Source of the DNA: Octopus sinensis
Lineage: Eukaryota
Direction: 5' to 3'
DNA length: 12,775 nt
Assembly: GCF_006345805.1 (NCBI RefSeq)
Contig: NW_021826489.1
Span: forward strand, 1 to 12,775
The notes under the pieces were generated by a model. The model was given only the letters and a program-made list of their open reading frames with translations, was not told the origin of the DNA and made no database searches. Of this stretch, positions 9,532 to 12,775 are shown piece by piece (position 1 is the first letter of the stretch; each line of letters begins with the position of its first letter). The position numbers and the translations under genes are program-made.

Positions 9532-9545
9532 TAATAATAATAATA
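9476..9545. repeat. (AAT)n microsatellite
   Basis: Near-perfect AAT run. Confidence 0.95.
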
Positions 9546-9922
9546 GATGAACAGGATTGCGAGGATAAGATTGCTATTGTGAGGATGATGGTGATCATGA
9601 TGGCAATGATGATAATGCTTTGGTTCATCAAAATAATACTAACAAGATTTAATTTCCTTTAGATATTTGTTATTCCATTATTTTATATCATACTCTGATT
9701 TTCTTTCCCTCTCACTCCGTCTTCCACTCCCTCTCTCTGTAGTCCCGGTATGAATGTGTTTGTAAACACTCACACGCACACTTATAGACCTATACATACG
9801 CTCAAGTAAATGTTATCAAACCGTTATGAGTTGTAGCGAGTCTTCTTTTTCAAAGAGAGTAGAATGTAAATATACGTTATAAATTGTATTAAAAACTAAA
9901 GTCTTTTTCAATTCAACACAAC

Positions 9923-9947
9923 CTGAAGAGCTAATAGTTGGCGAAAC
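9923..9947 (+). ncRNA. Canonical hammerhead core with intact stem II
   Basis: CTGAAGA GCTAA TAG TTGGC GAAAC. Matches CUGANGA-stem II-GAAA exactly, with a 5-bp stem II (one G-U) and a G10.1-C11.1 closing pair. Stems I and III are not recoverable. Confidence 0.55.
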
Positions 9948-10139
9948 GCCGACTTAAATATCAACGTTTTCATAATGAACATTTTCCTCCATACCTTGCG
10001 CTGAGTTCGCTTTTTATACTTGCCTCATTTAAAAAATATATATAGTTAAGAACACCTATAGAACTGTAGTATACCTGTGTATAAGTTCTACACACATACT
10101 CGTTTATATATATATACATACATACATACATACATACAC

Positions 10140-10191
<52 letters not shown>

Positions 10192-10209
10192 TACATACAG
10201 ACATACATG

Positions 10210-10271
<62 letters not shown>

Positions 10272-10300
10272 AGAGAGAGAGAGTGTGAGAGAGAGACATA
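10140..10300. repeat. (TA)n plus palindromic compound (CT)n(TA)n(AG)n microsatellite
   Basis: CT arm 10211-10234, TA core to about 10256, AG arm to about 10295. Flanked by ATGT...ACAT. Confidence 0.92.
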
Positions 10301-10327
10301 TATATGGCATATACTTACTGTATACAC

Positions 10328-10655
10328 TGGCTCAGTGGTTAGAGCGTCGGACACACAATCACGAGGTACAGATTTCGCTTCCCGAACCGGGCTGTGTGTT
10401 TTGTTCTTGAGCAAGACACTCTATTTCACGTTGCTCCAATTCACTCATCTGAAGAAATAAGTTGCGACGTCACTGGTGTCAAGCTGTATCGGCCTTTGCC
10501 TTTCCTTTGGATAACATCGGTGGCATGGAGAGGAGAGCTGGTATGCATGAGTGACTGACGGTCTTCCATATAAACAACCTTGTCCGGACTTGCGCCAAGG
10601 AGGGTAATTTTCTAGGTGCAATCACGTGGTCATTCATGACCGATGACGGTCCTTA
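10328..10655 (+). mobile_element. Near full-length tRNA-derived SINE with CORE-like domain
   Basis: A box TGGCTCAGTGG at 10328 followed by TTAGAGC, decayed B box gatttcgcttccc, and central tgttcttgagcaagacact...tttcacgttgctcca...cactca-ctg. Confidence 0.85.
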
Positions 10656-10989
10656 TCCATTTTACTTTTATGTATAATATCCTGTGTGTCTATGTGTGTA
10701 TAATAATTAATAACAATAATAATAATATTAATGTTAATTAGAATTATTACGCAGTAGCATAACATTACCTTTAATTCCTTTTTATATATAAACAGAACCT
10801 CAAATAGACCTACAATTGTTTCTATTACATCGATTAGAATCATCCAACGGAATATATCTCTAAATTATTATCTTATAAGAATTATTATTATTGGATTTAT
10901 ATACTAACGGTTGAATAGCCTATTTCGAATGACTGTGAGCAAACTGGTAAACATTCGGAGGTATTACATATTAATTACCAATATGTGTA

Positions 10990-10997
10990 TGTAGTAT

Positions 10998-11057
<60 letters not shown>

Positions 11058-11075
11058 ATATATTGTGTGTGTGTG
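10990..11075. repeat. (TA)n/(TG)n microsatellite at SINE tail
   Basis: Seen directly. Confidence 0.9.
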
Positions 11076-11080
11076 GTAGA

Positions 11081-11452
11081 CTGGCACTCCATCTTTACGA
11101 CGACGAGGGTTCCAGCTGATCCGATCAACGGAAGAACCTGCTCATGAGAGTAACGTACTAGTGGCTGAGTACTCCGCAGTTTCGTGTGAGCATTCCACAG
11201 ACACAAGTGTGCATACGTGTTCGCGTACCCTCAACGTGGTTCTCAGGGAGATCTAGCATGTTAAAGATGTTCAGAAGGCTGGTTCTTTGAAATACTGTTA
11301 CAACTCAGTATTTTTCTTTGCCAGCTGAGTGGAGTGGTGAAACGTGAAATCGAATTGCTCAAGGATACAGGCCTCACCCCACCACCACCACCATCAGGAA
11401 TCGAACTCATAACTTTACGAACGTGAGTTGATTATCCCTAAGCAGCTGAATA
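11081..11452 (-). mobile_element. tRNA-derived SINE with CORE-like domain
   Basis: B box GTTCGATTCC on the minus strand (ggaatcgaac 11397-11406). Central tccttgagcaa...atttcacgtt...cactcagctg is homologous to the 10328 SINE. A box decayed near 11436-11452. Confidence 0.8.
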
Positions 11453-12100
11453 TCTCTAATCCAGGCGTCTTCATATATCTAACGCCCGAATACTCATAAT
11501 CTTTCTCTCTCCCTGAACAAATGTTCTTATGATGCATTTTAATTTACTCGTATTCTATATTTTGTGCGTAATTTTCAGCTGAAATACTCTATCGTTGCTT
11601 GAATTCATTCTGTAACGAATGAAGTATTTAATAAAATTATTGTCATTATTTAATCAGTATTTGGAACATAAATTAAAATTAAATTTTCATGGGAGATTTT
11701 TTAGATCAGTTTAAAATTGTTGTCGCCATATTTCTGTTGGAATTCACTGATCTTGTTTCAAATAATTCGGAAAATAATTAAGGAAATTTAGTGAAATAGC
11801 TATCATTAAGTGGGTGATTTTAACAGAAATTAATATAAAAATATGATTGTTTCAGTTTATATCACTTTCAGACATTTAAACCAGATGGGTTGTTAACGCC
11901 AGGATTAATATGCTTATCAGATGTAACATAGCCGGCTGATCGGTTTTATCAAGAGTAGAGTCCACATGGATCCGTAGGTAGGAGAGGTGCAACCAGAGAG
12001 TAAATGTCCAAAAGAGTAAAGGGTAATATCCAATGGAGAAGTTCCTGTGTGATAAATGACAGGATCAATTGGTGCGACCACGTGAGCGTGTGATATATAG

Positions 12101-12286
12101 GGAGAGTTTACGAAAAAATAAAAGACGAAGACAGGTGGTGTACAAAACAAACAGATGTATTAGTATAACGCTCAGGGATAGAAAAAGTCTTTTACGTTTC
12201 GAGCCTACGCCCTTCTACAGAAAGGGAGACAGAAAAAACAAGGAGATTAAAAAATGTGTGTAGTGGCTAACGATCTATCAGGGCGA
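12101..12286 (-). mobile_element. Penelope-like terminal-repeat fragment, copy C
   Basis: Homologous to 3685-3866 and contains the hammerhead-like motif. Confidence 0.65.
12189..12224 (-). ncRNA. Minimal type I hammerhead-like motif (copy C)
   Basis: Minus strand reads CTTT CTGTAGA A GGGC GTAG GCTC GAAA CG TA AAAG. Stem I CTTT/AAAG, stem II GGGC/GCTC (one G-U), palindromic ACGT and a U-A cleavage dinucleotide. A6 is replaced by U and there is one extra A after A9. Confidence 0.6.
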
Positions 12287-12465
12287 CTGGTCAGTTTTAC
12301 TTCGCCATTCAATGTGCAATGTGCCACCCTTGTTACATTAATATACCCTGATAATTTGCGTCAACTGTACACGTTTCTTATATGTCCACCAATTTTAAGA
12401 GTAGACAGTGTTGCTTAAACGGGGTATTAACGGCATAAATTTAATCAGTCTCGAAGGCCCACAAG

Positions 12466-12492
12466 AGTTAATTTCTCTGCCCTTTCTTGCAG
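12466..12492 (+). other. Strong 3' splice-acceptor candidate
   Basis: gttaatttctctgccctttcttgcag: branch-like TTAAT, pyrimidine tract and CAG (AG at 12491-12492). Confidence 0.4.
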
Positions 12493-12669
12493 ATTCAGTA
12501 GGGAAAGCATTGAGTAACTATCGTTGAGATCGACGGAAATTCCTTTTATTTATGTGCGTTTGTGTGTGAGTATATTAATTACAGAAGCCAAATATTTTTC
12601 AGAAGATTGAGTATTTTATCTTTATATATAAACTCGGGGTTATTTATAAATATCTGAACACGAATTTCA

Positions 12670-12670
<1 letters not shown>

Positions 12671-12753
<83 letters not shown>

Positions 12754-12775
12754 ATCTCCTCTCTCTCTCATCTCT
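12671..12775. repeat. (TATC)n microsatellite then (CT)n
   Basis: Seen directly. Confidence 0.95.

Noticed and set aside
9743-9747. 5-nt microexon-like TCCCG between a long pyrimidine tract/AG and GTATGA
   Set aside because: It would shift frame, and the tract looks like decayed CT repeat. No supporting evidence.
673-10460. Most supplied ORFs (poly-YI, CV, TH, I, M, N, ER)
   Set aside because: They are translations of di- and trinucleotide microsatellites, which lack stops in some frames. No coding signal.
11917-12150. 77-aa minus ORF
   Set aside because: It starts inside the copy C repeat, with no motif or supported splice structure.
1-12775. tRNA genes, rRNA, CRISPR arrays, prokaryotic operons
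   Set aside because: The A/B boxes belong to SINE heads that lack a cloverleaf 3' half. No repeat-spacer arrays or rRNA-like sequence are visible.

Overview
Eukaryotic, strongly AT-rich, microsatellite-saturated DNA. The repeat landscape resembles an octopus-like (coleoid cephalopod) genome; this is my inference from recalled repeat families, not a database result. No complete gene is present, and almost every ORF in the supplied track is a read-through of (TA)n, (CA)n or (AAT)n repeats. The window looks intronic. It holds one well-formed plus-strand exon candidate (421-480), three tRNA-headed SINEs, and a 5'-truncated, decayed CR1/L2-group LINE (6141-6980, minus). It also holds an element sitting inside an (AAT)n array with an exact 95-bp internal duplication (8827-9475). 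The most notable signal is four hammerhead-ribozyme-like motifs. Three lie on the minus strand inside related dispersed repeats that resemble Penelope-like element termini, and their stems covary between copies (3775-3810, 5863-5897, 12189-12224). One has a fully canonical catalytic core on the plus strand (9923-9947). There are also several orphan coding-like remnants on the minus strand between about 3.0 and 5.2 kb.
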